DNA of 64,000 nucleotides, taken from contig OX597816.1 in the NCBI GenBank assembly GCA_951406725.2, positions 15,004,001 through 15,068,000 of the forward strand, in the 5' to 3' direction. Positions 1-11,668 of the stretch are shown here, piece by piece. Below the pieces are notes generated by a model. It was not told the DNA's origin and did no database searches. It saw only the letters and a program-made list of their open reading frames with translations. This DNA is from Octopus vulgaris. Taxonomy: Eukaryota. A program made the position numbers and the translations under genes. Position 1 is the first letter of the stretch, and every line of letters starts with the position of its first letter.

Positions 1-224
1 TCTTGCATCAACTAAATATTTGAAAAGGTGATGTGTTAAGAAATAAATGGCTTCCTGGGGAGTAACAATCTCCTAAATTCCAGCAAGCATGGCTATATTT
101 GTGGCAGAAACTGCCTAACACGACTTCCGCACACTCAAGTTTGACTTGGTCTTCTTCTCCAGAGATAATCTTTTGAAACTAGGAGTCATCAACAAATAGT
201 TTTATTTTATTATGCTTAAATATA

Positions 225-620
225 AGCATAGGAGTGGCTGTGTGGTAAGTAGCTTGCTTACCAACCACATGGTTCCAGGTTCAGTCCCACTGTGTGACAC
301 CTTGGGCAAGTGTCTTCTACTATAGCCTCGGGACAACCAAAGCCTTGTGAGTGGATTTGGTAGACGGAAACTGAAAGAAGCCCGTTGTATATATGTATAT
401 GTGTGTGTGTGTGTATGTTTGTGTGTCTGTTTGTCCCCGAACATCGCTTGACAACCGATGCTGGTATGTTTACGTCCCCGTAAGTTAGTGGTTCAGCAAA
501 GAGACCGATAGAATAAGTACTAGGCTTATAAAGAATAAGTCCTGGGGTCGATTTGCTCGACTAAAGGCGGTGCTCCAGCATGGCCACAGTCAATTGACTG
601 AAACAAGTAAAAGAGTAAAA
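225..620 (+). mobile_element. tRNA-derived SINE, family A (full length)
   Basis: A box TGGCTGTGTGG, B box GGTTCAGTCCC, CORE-like CCTTGGGCAAGT, internal TA/TG microsatellite, (AAAGAGT)n tail; more than 12 copies in the window. Confidence 0.85.
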
Positions 621-670
621 ATATACATTATTATCATAATGATTTTAATGACCACTTTTCCAGGCATTAA

Positions 671-880
671 CCCTTTTGTTACTGTATTTATTTCTGTGTT
701 TCTTTCAATTAATTTTAAATATAACAAAGAATTTAGTAAAATAACTTTGTTATCATTAAGCAAGTTTTAGGAACATAAATTGTGACTAAGGTTTGGAAAA
801 TTTTAATTCAAAACTTATGAAAACAAGACATTTGTACTACAGAACCAGAGGTGATTTCAGCCAAGTTAGTATCAAAAGGG
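671..880. mobile_element. TTAA-flanked MITE (piggyBac-type ends), family P1
   Basis: TTAA|CCCTTTTGTTAC...ATCAAAAGGG|TTAA; five copies in the window. Confidence 0.8.
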
Positions 881-904
881 TTAAAAATATCATGGTGACT
901 TTAA

Positions 905-1125
905 CCCTTTTGTTACCACATTTCTGATGAGATGTTCTGTGTTTCTTTCAATTACTTTAAATATAAGAAAGAATTTAGTAAAATAACTTAGTTATCATTC
1001 AGCTAGTGTTAGGAACATAAATTGTGACTAAGGTTTGGTGGAAGATTTGAATTCAAAACTTATGAAAACAAGACATTTGTATTACAGAACCAGAGGTGGT
1101 TTCAGCCAGGTTGATAACAAAAGGG
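905..1125. mobile_element. TTAA-flanked MITE family P1
   Basis: TTAA|CCCTTTTGTTAC...ATAACAAAAGGG|TTAA. Confidence 0.8.
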
Positions 1126-1967
1126 TTAAATAGGCGAGATGGAATTCATTGAGGAAGATTTTCTATGGCTGGATGTCCTTCTCATCACCGACCCTTATCC
1201 ATTTCCAATTAAGGTAATATTTACCTTGATTGGACACTTTCAGGAAAATCTGGAAATAAATGACACCACTGAGGATGATACTTTTTCTTCACAACTAGCA
1301 CAATGTCAAGACAAGGAAACACAAGCTCTTTTCATCAACATCATCTTCATTTAGGGTCTGTGTTCTATGCTGGCAGCATGTGTTGAACAAATTACACAAC
1401 ATCATCATCATCGTTTAACATCTGCCTTCCATGCTGGCATGGGTGGGACGGTTTGATAGGAGCTAGCCAGGCAGAAGCTTTCACCAGACTTCTGTGATCA
1501 TTCTGGCAGGATTTTTACAGCTGGAAGCCCTTCTTAATGCCAACCACTCAGCAGAATGGACTTAGTCCTTTTTACATGGCATAAGCACATGCAAGGTCAG
1601 TTTTGGCAAGGTTTTTACAGCCAGATGCCCTTCTGAACACCAACCATTGTTTTAGCTTCAGCATGGAAAATGGACGTTAAACGATGATGATGAATGAATG
1701 ATGCCACCTCACTGGCTAGACAAGCAGGCCAACACTCCTTCTTTATCAGAGGCTATACTGTTACAAGGGTACCCATTTACAGCTGAGTAGACTGGGGCAG
1801 CATGAAATGAAGTGCTTTGTTCAAGAACACAACATGCCACCTAGTCCAGGAATTGAACCCATGATCTAGCAATTGGGAACACAATGCCCTGACCATTATA
1901 TACACACAAACACATTAAATAAATACACACACACACACACACACATATATATATGTATATATATATA

Positions 1968-2172
1968 TCATCATCATCGTTTAATGTCCGCTTTCCATGC
2001 TGGCATGGGTTGGACGGTTCGACCGGGGTCTGGGAAGCCTGGAGGCTGCACCAGGCTCCAGTCTGATCTGGCAGTGTTTCTACAGCTGGATGCCCTTCCT
2101 AACGCCAATCACTCCATGAGTGTAGTGTGTGCTTTTTACGTGCCACTGGCACAGGGGCCAGAGGAGGCTGGC
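1968..2172 (-). mobile_element. RTE-LINE 3' UTR fragment (family B)
   Basis: Same terminal sequence and (GAT)n tail as the RTE copy at 23318-24268. Confidence 0.75.
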
Positions 2173-2489
2173 ATATATATATATAACCTATATAGTAAAT
2201 TTATAAATGGAATTGATTTAGTTGTTTCTCTGTAGACTGAAAGAAATGAACAACGTAAATAATTTATCAAATCTTATTGGATTCTCATCAGAGGAATTCT
2301 ACATGAATTTGAAGACTCCCAGAGAAACAAGCAGCCAATCCGTTTAATCCAAGGTGTGTCTTTATCAGGCATACCTGTCTATGTATGCCAGTAATGAAAT
2401 GTATACAGGTAGAGGCTTTACTTTGAATGAGAAAAATCATATATACAGGGTTGGCCAAAAGTCACCTGACAGTAAATCAAAATTCCATA

Positions 2490-2982
2490 ATCGTAGCTGT
2501 GGCCAGTGCCCCCTGACTGGCTCCCTCTCTGGTGGCACATAAAAAGCTCCATCTGAACGTGGTTGATGCCGGTACCCCCTGACTGGCTCCTGTGCCAGTG
2601 ACATGTAAAAAGCACTATCCGAACATGATCAATGCCAGGACTGCCTGACTAGCCCCCATGCCAGTGGCACATGAAAAGCACCATCTGAACGTGGGCGATG
2701 CCGGTACCCCAACTGGCACCTGTGCCGGTGGCATGTAAAAAGTACTATAAGCACTATCCAAATGTGATTAGTGCCAGGACTGCCTGACTGGCCCCTGTGC
2801 TGGTGACATGTAAAAAGCACCCACTACACTCACGGAGTGGTTGGCATTAGGAAGAGCATCCAGCTGTAGAAACATTACCAGATGAGATTGGTTCCTGGTG
2901 CAGCTGCTGGTTCTCCAGGCCTCAGTCAAACCCTCCAACCCATGCCAGCATCAAAAACGGTTAAATCATGATGATGATGATA
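2490..2982 (+). mobile_element. RTE-LINE 3' UTR fragment (family B) with about six internal ~60 bp tandem units
   Basis: Repeating AAAAGCACCATCCGAACGTG...GGTGGCACAT units, then the family B terminus and (GAT)n tail. Confidence 0.75.
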
Positions 2983-3989
2983 ATTATCTGTAATTTTGTA
3001 TTGACTTGAATGGAAAAATGTGTTACACAAGATGGACTTCAGTTTGAACAATTTTCATGATGCTTCATATTTAGATGCTTTTATTAAATTCATTCACTTG
3101 TTAAAAACAAATGAATCTTGGAATTAAATGGTTCTGATTTGGCCAACCTTGCATAATTTGAGATACCTTGTGTATTTCAATATTTGTTGATTAAGTATAC
3201 AAAAGAAACAAAAATAAATTTGTGGTATCATTTTAATTCTGCGTTACATAAGTTCCATTACACGTGCAACACTAAATTAAAGTGGTACCATACAAGGGGT
3301 TGCTGATAAGTTCCAAACTTTAAGGGTATCGCAAAAGGCCCGGTGGGAGGGCCAACCTTCCAAGATCTTTTAAAATGCTTAGAAAAACTGAAGGACCACT
3401 GCAATGTGTAAATCTGAGAGGGGAATATGTTGAATAGAATCAGAATTAACTGATCCTCAAGAGTAGATATATATATTTCATACATATATATATTAATAAT
3501 GAGTTTGGAGACTTGTACATCCACAATATTTATTTTATAGCTATATACAGTATATTACAATGGCTCAAGGTACCAGCAACTCGGGCAGTCACCCGCGGCA
3601 CCATGTGATTTGATTTTTAGTCTACATTTTCAGTTTTTTACCTTGTGAAAGTTTTAAAAAATTATACTTGTAAGGGTGCTAAAATTCAGCTTACCCAGGG
3701 CACCAGCAACCTTAAGGCAGGCCCTGACTGACCTATTTGTGTTTCCAGAGCAACAATTGCACATTGTTGCAAATGCATCCTTGCAGTGGAAACACATGTA
3801 GGTCATTGTAATGTGCTGTATATAGGTATAAAAGAAATATTGTGGAAGTTTCCTTACTCATTATTATTATTAATATTATTATATAATCTAAGGAACTTTT
3901 AGAGTCTTAAGTAGGACACATGGAATTACAAACGGAATTACCCAACTTATCATCAGACCCCAAGATTTGTTGGCTTATATTCAAGTGAG

Positions 3990-4765
3990 GTCGTTGCCAG
4001 TACCGCCTGATTGGTCCACATGCAAAAGCACCCACTACACTCTTGGAGTGGTTGGCGTTAGGAAGGGCATCCAGCTGTAGAAACTCTACCAGATCAGATT
4101 GGAGCCTGGTGCAGCCATCTGGTTCACCAGTCCTCAGTCAAATCATCCAACCCACACTAGCATGGAAACCAGACATTAAACGATGAGGCAATGGCGAAGG
4201 ACCGAGATCTTTGAAGATATGCTGTGACTGCAAAGACCTGGGCTGCTTCCTGCACCAGTTCCGCATAGCCCCTGCCCATTCAAAGTACCTTGGATTCCGG
4301 AACAACCCGCTGTGCTTGCGGAGACCTATTGAGTCATACATGAACATGAACATCGAAATAAATATCAATGGAAATAGTAGTTGTGATACCTGTGCCGGAG
4401 GCACATAAAAAGCACCATCCGAACGTGGCCGATGCCAGCGCCGCCTCGACTGGCTTCTGTCCCGGTGGCACATAAAATCACCATCCGAACGTGGCCAATG
4501 CCAGCGCCGCCTTGACTGGCTTCCGTGCCAGTGGCACGTTAAAAGCACCAACTGATCGTGGTCAGACTCCCCTGGCACCTATGCCGGTGGCACGTAAAAA
4601 GCACCCACTACACTCACGGAGTGGTTGGCATTAGGAAAGGCATCCAGCTGTAGAAACACTGCTAGTGCAGACTGGAGCCTGGTGCAGCCCCTGGCTTCCC
4701 AGACCCCGGTCGAACCGTCCAACCCGTGTTAACGCGAAAAACGGACGTTAAACGATGATGATGAT
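3990..4765 (+). mobile_element. Two adjacent family B RTE 3' fragments
   Basis: Two termini (ending near 4185 and 4765) with GGCGTTAGGAAGGGCATCCAGCTGTAGAAA and AAACGATGA tails. Confidence 0.75.
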
Positions 4766-4774
4766 ATATATTAA

Positions 4775-4998
4775 ACCACTTAGCATTTACAGCAGCCATA
4801 TCCAGCCAAATTATTCCAGGTGTATTATGCTCAAATTGGCCAAATCTGGCATCTCACACCAACCCTACAATGTCATTCTAAAAAAATGAACAATTACCTC
4901 ATCAAAATATGAAAGCTACAAGATTAATTCATGATTAATTCAAAGCAATATGAACAAATAAGCATCGCTTTTGACAGAATAATCTAAGTGTTAAAGGG
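4775..4998. mobile_element. TTAA-associated MITE family P2 (diverged)
   Basis: Body shared with 19765-20581 and 45860-46080. Confidence 0.55.
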
Positions 4999-5288
4999 AT
5001 ATGTGTGTGTGTGTGTGTGTGTATACACACACATATCCCTTTACATATATACACACCCATACATACATACACACATATATATACACACATACATACATAT
5101 ACACACAGATACATACACATATATATATATACACACACATACACATATATATATACGCATACATATATACACACACACATACATATATATACACACATAC
5201 ATATATATACACACACATACATATATACACACACATATATATACACACACATATATATACATACACATACACAAATATATACACACAC

Positions 5289-5320
<32 letters not shown>
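4999..5320. repeat. Compound (CA/TA/CATA)n microsatellite
   Basis: Direct reading; source of several spurious ORFs. Confidence 0.95.
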
Positions 5321-5323
<3 letters not shown>

Positions 5324-5377
5324 GTGAATGGAAGAAATGGAGTTGAACGAAGATTGTACAGAATTCCTTTTATTACA

Positions 5378-5457
5378 TTCTACACATGTTTCAAAGGCCA
5401 CAATTTTCCAAATTCTGATTAAATAAGGATACCATATTGCAGCTTTCTCTTCAGGAA
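5378..5457 (-). ncRNA. Type I hammerhead ribozyme-like motif in a (TA)n-flanked insert (about 5320-5745)
   Basis: Minus strand: ttc CTGAAGA [gaaagctgcaat...attgtggccttt stem II] GAAA catgtg TA gaa. Intact core, palindromic ACATGT stem III, GUA site. Confidence 0.65.
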
Positions 5458-5742
5458 AAACCAGGAATTACGTTGTCAGAACAAAACAAAACAGAGGCGC
5501 AGCAAAGCAATTCGAACGAAGACGCTCCTTAAGAGCCCATGGGTGATTTCAACGTACATTGATAAACATTTCTTCCATTCACTAATTATATTAAACTTCA
5601 ATTATCCGCGCCAACGCACGGTTGCAACACCATATGGTCTTATCTCCAACCGTGTTTTTTCTGCTGTGATTTTTGCTACCCAGGTATCGGTTAAACTTTT
5701 GAATAATCCGTAACAAGATAATTCATCTTTCCATTTCAACAA

Positions 5743-5787
<45 letters not shown>

Positions 5788-6057
5788 AATATATATATAC
5801 ACACACATATACAAATATATATATACACACACATATACAAATATATATATACACAAACACACATACATGTATGCACACACACACACACATATACACATAC
5901 ATATTACTTTAAAACAAGAACGTTGTTGACAGTGATTCCGAAGTTTTGGCAGCTAAGCCATCATTGAACTGCAATGCACTTGAATTAGTGTCTGCTGAGT
6001 AAAAATCATCTTTGGGTGTCTTAATTTGACTGGGGTATATATGTATGTGTGCGTGTA

Positions 6058-6093
<36 letters not shown>

Positions 6094-6227
6094 CATACAT
6101 ATATACCCCACGCAAACCCATACACTCATTACGCCTGTAATGAATTGACACCAGTAAGTACATCATTGTTACTCATTTATATTCTGTTCACCTAACTTGG
6201 AATCTGCCACTTTGGAAATACTATAGA

Positions 6228-6592
6228 AATGGAAGCACTCCGTCGGTTATGACGACGAGGGTTCCGGTTGATCCGAATCAACGGAACAGCCTGCTCGTGA
6301 AATTAACGTGTAAGTGGCTGAGCACTCCACAGACACGTGTACCCTTAACGTAGTTCTCGGGGATATTCAGCGTGACACAGAGAGTGACAAGGCCGGCCCT
6401 TTGAAATACAGGTACAACAGAAACAGGAAGAAAGAGTGAGAGAAAGTTGTGGTGAAAGAGTACAGCAGGGATCACCACCATCCCCTGCCGGAGCCTCGTG
6501 GAGCTTTAGGTGTTTTTGCTCAATAAACACTCACAACGCCCGATCTGGGAATCGAAACCGCTGCCCTAACCACTGGGCCATTGCGCCTCCAC
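6228..6592 (-). mobile_element. tRNA-derived SINE family C, tail variant 1
   Basis: Head GGAGGCGCAATGGCCCAGTGGTTAGGGCAGCGG...TTTCGATTCCC shared with 22712 and 51750; 3' half differs. Confidence 0.8.
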
Positions 6593-6810
6593 TCCTATAG
6601 AAAGTATCTTTATAAAAGTACATGTCTGAATTACCAAGAATGGATGTCTTCACTTAGCTGGACTACATTGTCTGCACACATGGCAGGACAAACACCCCTA
6701 CACAGCATCAGAATATTCAATATTCAATTTATACTGTTTGGGTGACCGGATTATACTAACCTAGTAAGGTGCCTCAATTTAAGCACCTAATTCAACTTAA
6801 TCTTAATCTT

Positions 6811-7287
6811 TCTATATATAAAGCTGAAGTTGTCTGTGTATGGCGGGTTTGGTAGCCTTCAACTATCACTATCTCCTCCAAGACTCTGCAGAGCAAGTTG
6901 ACCAAAATTGAGAGTATGATAGAAGAAGGCTTGCTCTTCCTTCTGTATAAAAAAAAAATTCAAATCGGACCATGTTAACACCAAAAATTATTTACATCAA
7001 AAAGGTGCTTTTTTTTCTATGAAAATCCCAATTTTTTACGATTTTTTGACTGCTGTGTCGCCATTTTTCGGTGTATTTCAACCAGAAAAATGTTCACTTA
7101 AAGAGAATAACAAGCTACATAATGCAAAATTTTTACTTTTCAAAAATTCCAATTCTAAAGGGTCGAAACAAACCCGAGCAACGCTGGGTGATACTGCTAG
7201 TATATATAAATGTTAAAATTATTTTATCTACTATTCCAATTCTAAAGGGTCGAAACAAACCTGAGCAACACCGGGCGATACTGCTAG
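6811..7287 (+). mobile_element. Non-autonomous Helitron with duplicated 3' terminus
   Basis: 5' TCTATATATAAAG; 3' GC-rich hairpin CCCGAGCAACGCTGGG then CTAG|T at 7200; second hairpin and CTAG|T at 7287; no TSD. Confidence 0.7.
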
Positions 7288-7558
7288 TTTTTATATATAT
7301 TACACATATATACATGCATACATACATGCACAATAGTCTTCTTTCAGTTTCTGCATACCGAATTCCCTGAGAAGCCTAAAAGTCAGTTCATGGCTATAGT
7401 ACCAAACACTTGTTTAGTGTTACTCGGCCACACATCGGTACTAAACACCAAAGAATTTGTGTGGTTGATAAACAGAACTTCCTGCCCATGCATGTATGGA
7501 TTGATACAAATATACATACATACACAAATAGACTTGTGTGTGAGTGTCTATATTCGAT

Positions 7559-7957
7559 GGTGATGTGGCTGTGTGGTAAGTAGCTTGCTTACCAACCACA
7601 TGGTTCCGGGTTCATTCCCACTGCATGGCACCTTGGGCAATTGTCTTCTACTATAGCCTCGGGTCGACCAAAGCCTTGTGAGTGGATTTGGTAGAGAGAA
7701 ACTGGAAGAAGCCCGTCGTATATATGTATATGTACGTATATGTTTGTGTGTCTGTGTTTGTCTCCCCCACCATTGCTCGACAACCGATGGTGGTGTGTTT
7801 ACGTCCCGTAACTTAGCGGTTCGGCAAAAGAGTCCAATAGAATAAGTACTAGGCTTACAAAGAATAAGTCCTGGGGTCGATATACTCGACTAGAAGGCAG
7901 TGCTCCAGCATGGCTGCAGTCAAATGACTGAAACAAGTAAAAGAGTAAAGAGTAAGA
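7559..7957 (+). mobile_element. SINE family A
   Basis: Colinear with 225-620. Confidence 0.85.
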
Positions 7958-8376
7958 GTATATATGTAAATGCTATCCCAAATAAACTTGCACTTCATCC
8001 TTGAAGCTCCAAGGAAGCTATAAGGTAATGCACGGACATTCAGCTTTGAGTGCACTGCATCCTATGGCAGAAACAACTGTAAGCTGATGAGGTTCATTGC
8101 ATTATTTTTAATTTCATAAATATCATATAAACCCACATGTATATGCAAACATGTGTGGGTAAAGAACCATGTCTGCAGACACATTATATACACATGTGTA
8201 CAGATATACACATGATACACTTACATATACAAGCATATATATATACATAAAGATGTATGTATACAAGCATATATATATATATATACATACAAGCATATAT
8301 ATATATACATACAAAGATGTATGTATACATACACATATACACATGCATATCTAATCTATCTATCTATCTATCTATC

Positions 8377-8416
<40 letters not shown>

Positions 8417-9019
8417 CAAATAGACAGGCAGATAGATAGATAGATAGATAGATAGATAACAAATAGATAGATAGATGGATAGACAGATAGGTTTCTTTAT
8501 TGGCCACGCAGCGCAGGGCTAAACACACAAGGGACAAAATACAAAGTAGAGCTTTTCTTTTGGGGAAGAAGAGAAGGGGGAAAAGGTGGGAGGAAATTCC
8601 GATCAAAAGGGATCGTGAAAAAAAAGACAGATAGATAGATAGATGCGTGCATTTAAGTATATGGAAGTGTGGGTGTCCAAGTGTACTACAATATTCTATA
8701 TGATGATTTGAAAGCTGAGATATACATCATGCTATACACACATCCATTTTATACAAGATTTACGTGTTTGACTTATACATACACACACACACACACACAG
8801 AGGTTTGCATACACGCATGTGTGTATAATATAGATATTTTTTTCCGTTTTAATTTTTTCAATTTTGTTTTCTGTTTTGTTCAATTTTCTAATTTAAATTT
8901 GTAAAAACTTACATAGGAATCATTTTTTAGAATGAAAAAATAAATATTCATGTATGTATACATGTGTATGCACAGATGTTTGTATATGCGTGTTTGTAAA
9001 CAACGTACACAGATGTACA

Positions 9020-9386
9020 TATACAGACACACACATATATATACACAGACAATTATATACACTCAATCATATATATGTATATACACACACACATATATAT
9101 ACATACACATACACATATATACATACACACACATATATATACATACACACACACACATATATACATACACACACACACATATATGCATACACACACACAT
9201 ATATGCATACACACACACATATATATATACATACACACATATATATACATACATACACACATATATATACATACATACACACATATATATATACATACAT
9301 ACCCACACATATATACACACACACACATACCCACACATATATACACACACACACACACATATATACACACACACACACACATATAT

Positions 9387-9421
<35 letters not shown>

Positions 9422-9438
9422 CATACCCACACATATAT

Positions 9439-9469
<31 letters not shown>

Positions 9470-9805
9470 CATACCCACACATATATACACACACATATAT
9501 ATATATATATACATACCCACACATATATACACACACACACATATATATATATACATACACACACATATATATACACACACACACATATATACATACACAC
9601 ACATATATATACATACACACATATATATACATACACACACACACATATATACATACACACACACATATATATACATACACATACACACACATATATATAT
9701 ATATACACACATACATACACACACACATATTTATAATTTATACCCAGTCACCAACTTTAGCGTACACATACAAACACATTAATACATACACACACACACA
9801 CACAC
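9020..9805. repeat. Long compound (CA/TA/CATA)n microsatellite
   Basis: Direct reading. Confidence 0.95.
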
Positions 9806-9982
9806 AGGCATTCCAATATTTATTCGAGCATTTTCTTGAGTACAAACATGAAAAATATTCCCCCCCCCTCTTCAAAACTTTTTGGTAGATTCCGTTGCCT
9901 AACTTTCTTTTCCCACTCAAGACGTAGTAACCCTACTATGTGTAGGTGTAGGTGGGTGCCTGTGTGAAGTTCTACACAAAAC

Positions 9983-10879
9983 TATTTTAACATGAAACTG
10001 ATGAAAATGCTCAATACTCATTTATTAGTCTGTTTCAAAGAAATACTGAGTCACTCCGAAGTTTCGGTTTGGCTGCCTTGATCTGTGTGTGTGTGTGGTG
10101 TGTGTATATGTGATGATGGGCAATCTTTCGTCTCTAGTAGACCTTTCCGTCGATTTCCGTAAAAAAAATTTTTTTTTTTTTACATATGGGCTTGCGGGAA
10201 CTTTTGAAGTAATGAGAGCGAAAGAGACTAAGAGAAAGCGATTGTATGACGAGGGAAGTTCTTTTGAAGTTACCGTCCAGGGGAAGCATTGATGTACATG
10301 TGTGTGTGTGTGTATGTGTGTTTGATGGGGTGTGGGAGACAGACAGTGTGTTGTGTAATCGACGGAAAGGTCTACTAGAGACGAAAGATCGCCTATGTGA
10401 TGTATATATGTGAGTATATAGATGTATATGTGAGTATATATATATGTATGTGAAAGATGTTTCGTTCTTTGAAAACAAGGCGTGTATTAATAAAACAATT
10501 CTAATTATCGCAAACGAATGAAGTTAATTAGAAAAGTTATAACGACTAACTAAAGAATTATTAATTATTTTAACATTAAACTGATGAAATGCTCAATACT
10601 CATTTATTAGTCTGTTTCAAAGAAATACTGAGCCACTTCAAAGTTTCGGTTTGGCTGCCTTGATCTCTGTGTGTGTGTGTGTGTGTGTTTGTATGTGTGT
10701 ATGTATATGTGATGTATATATGTGAGTATATAGATGTATATGTGAGTATATATATATGTATGTGAAAGATGTTTCGTTCTTTGAAAACAAGGTGCGTATT
10801 AATAAAACAATTCTAATTATCGCAAACGAATGAAGTTAATTAGAAAAGTTATACCGAATAACTAAAGAATTATTAATTA
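9983..10879. repeat. Tandem duplication of about 310 bp of intronic sequence (9983-10565 and 10566-10879)
   Basis: AAACTGATGAAA(A)TGCTCAATACTC...CTAAAGAATTATTAATT occurs twice; the first copy carries a MITE. Confidence 0.9.
10119..10393. mobile_element. Mutator-like MITE (37 bp TIR, 9 bp TSD)
   Basis: TIR GGC(A/G)ATCTTTCGTCTCTAGTAGACCTTTCCGTCGATT with 1 mismatch; TSD TATGTGATG at 10107-10115 and 10394-10402 (an extra ATG on the left); empty site present in the duplicate copy. Confidence 0.85.
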
Positions 10880-10903
10880 AAACTAATAAAAACAACATCT
10901 TAC

Positions 10904-11668
10904 CTGATAAGCATCCGGAATATTAAGACGTTCTCCGGTTTTGGCAACGTATCCAATAATCCCTGTGCCCCATTCTATGCGAATTTCTTCCATGCTGTTC
11001 CGGCATTGTTCATAGTTACTACTCGAACTGACATCAAAGAGTTTCGAAACTAGCATTTTCTCACCTGCATAGTTATACTGAACAAGGAAAAGAGAACAGC
11101 AATCGGCATTGAGTAGAATACAGACATTCTGAAGAATCTTAAAACATAAACAGGTCACATCAAGTTCTTCAGAGGCGTCTTTGACTAATTCATACATGAG
11201 TTCTTTTTCGTCTAATGCCTGAAGTTCACTCCGAGAACGTCTCCGAAGTTTTGTTTGCGGTTGACAAACCGATTGATTTGTATTAGAGTAAGGAGCTAAA
11301 AACGTCGGAGTTCCATCAACAGTAGAGACCATAGGATTTAATAAACTACCACGATCCAATTCCTGCGTAGAAATTTTTCTTACCGGTGTGTTAGACCCCG
11401 AGTTAGATCTCGAACCTGTAGGGTTCTCGGACTGACCAGCACTCCAAGAGCTCTCAGATTGTTGAAATAGCCACTCGTCAACCGTCTGTCTTTGAGCTTT
11501 CCGGACGAAATAATTGTGGCAGAATTGTGGATGTGCATCGAGCCATCGCTCCATACGTTCATATTCTTCCTTTTCAGATATGTTACCATCGTTTTGAGAA
11601 GGTAGTCTGTTCTCATCTTCAGCCGATTGAAGTTCAGAGCTATGATAGGGATAGTGGTGACTTGACAT
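10904..11668 (-). CDS. Pde11: First coding exon of a GAF-domain cAMP/cGMP phosphodiesterase (PDE11/PDE5 family): N-terminus plus start of GAF-A
   Basis: 255 codons from ATG at 11668 (in-frame TAA upstream at 11750-11752). Family motifs YERMERWLDAHP..YFVRKA.RQTVDEWL, TPVRKISTQELDRG, DGTPTFL, LDEKELMYELVKD, KILQNVCILLNAD.CSLFLV, LVSKLFDV, WGTGIIGYVAKTGERLNIPDAYQ. Phase-0 donor CAG|GTAAGA directly after DAYQ; polypyrimidine tract plus CAG acceptor at 11885-11925. Downstream exons were not found in the window. Confidence 0.92.

Noticed and set aside
924-930. CTGATGA as a hammerhead core (also 8084, 9998, 38831, 44948, 61160)
   Set aside because: No correctly placed GAAA, stem III/NUH and stem I; the sister MITE copy reads CTGTTGA at the 924 position.
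2490-2830. CRISPR-like periodic ~60 bp repeats
   Set aside because: The intervening parts are similar to each other, no cas genes are present, and the units belong to an RTE 3' UTR in eukaryotic DNA.
8950-9888. 312 aa and overlapping 220-260 aa ORFs (also near 5.0, 15.0, 32.8, 48.0 and 54.5 kb)
   Set aside because: Translations of CA/TA microsatellites (H/T/Y/I or C/V/Y/M repeats), open in many frames.
1-10880. Next PDE exon (expected to start D.RFN..D..TGY.T..LCMP)
   Set aside because: Not found by eye on the minus strand; it probably lies beyond the window start.
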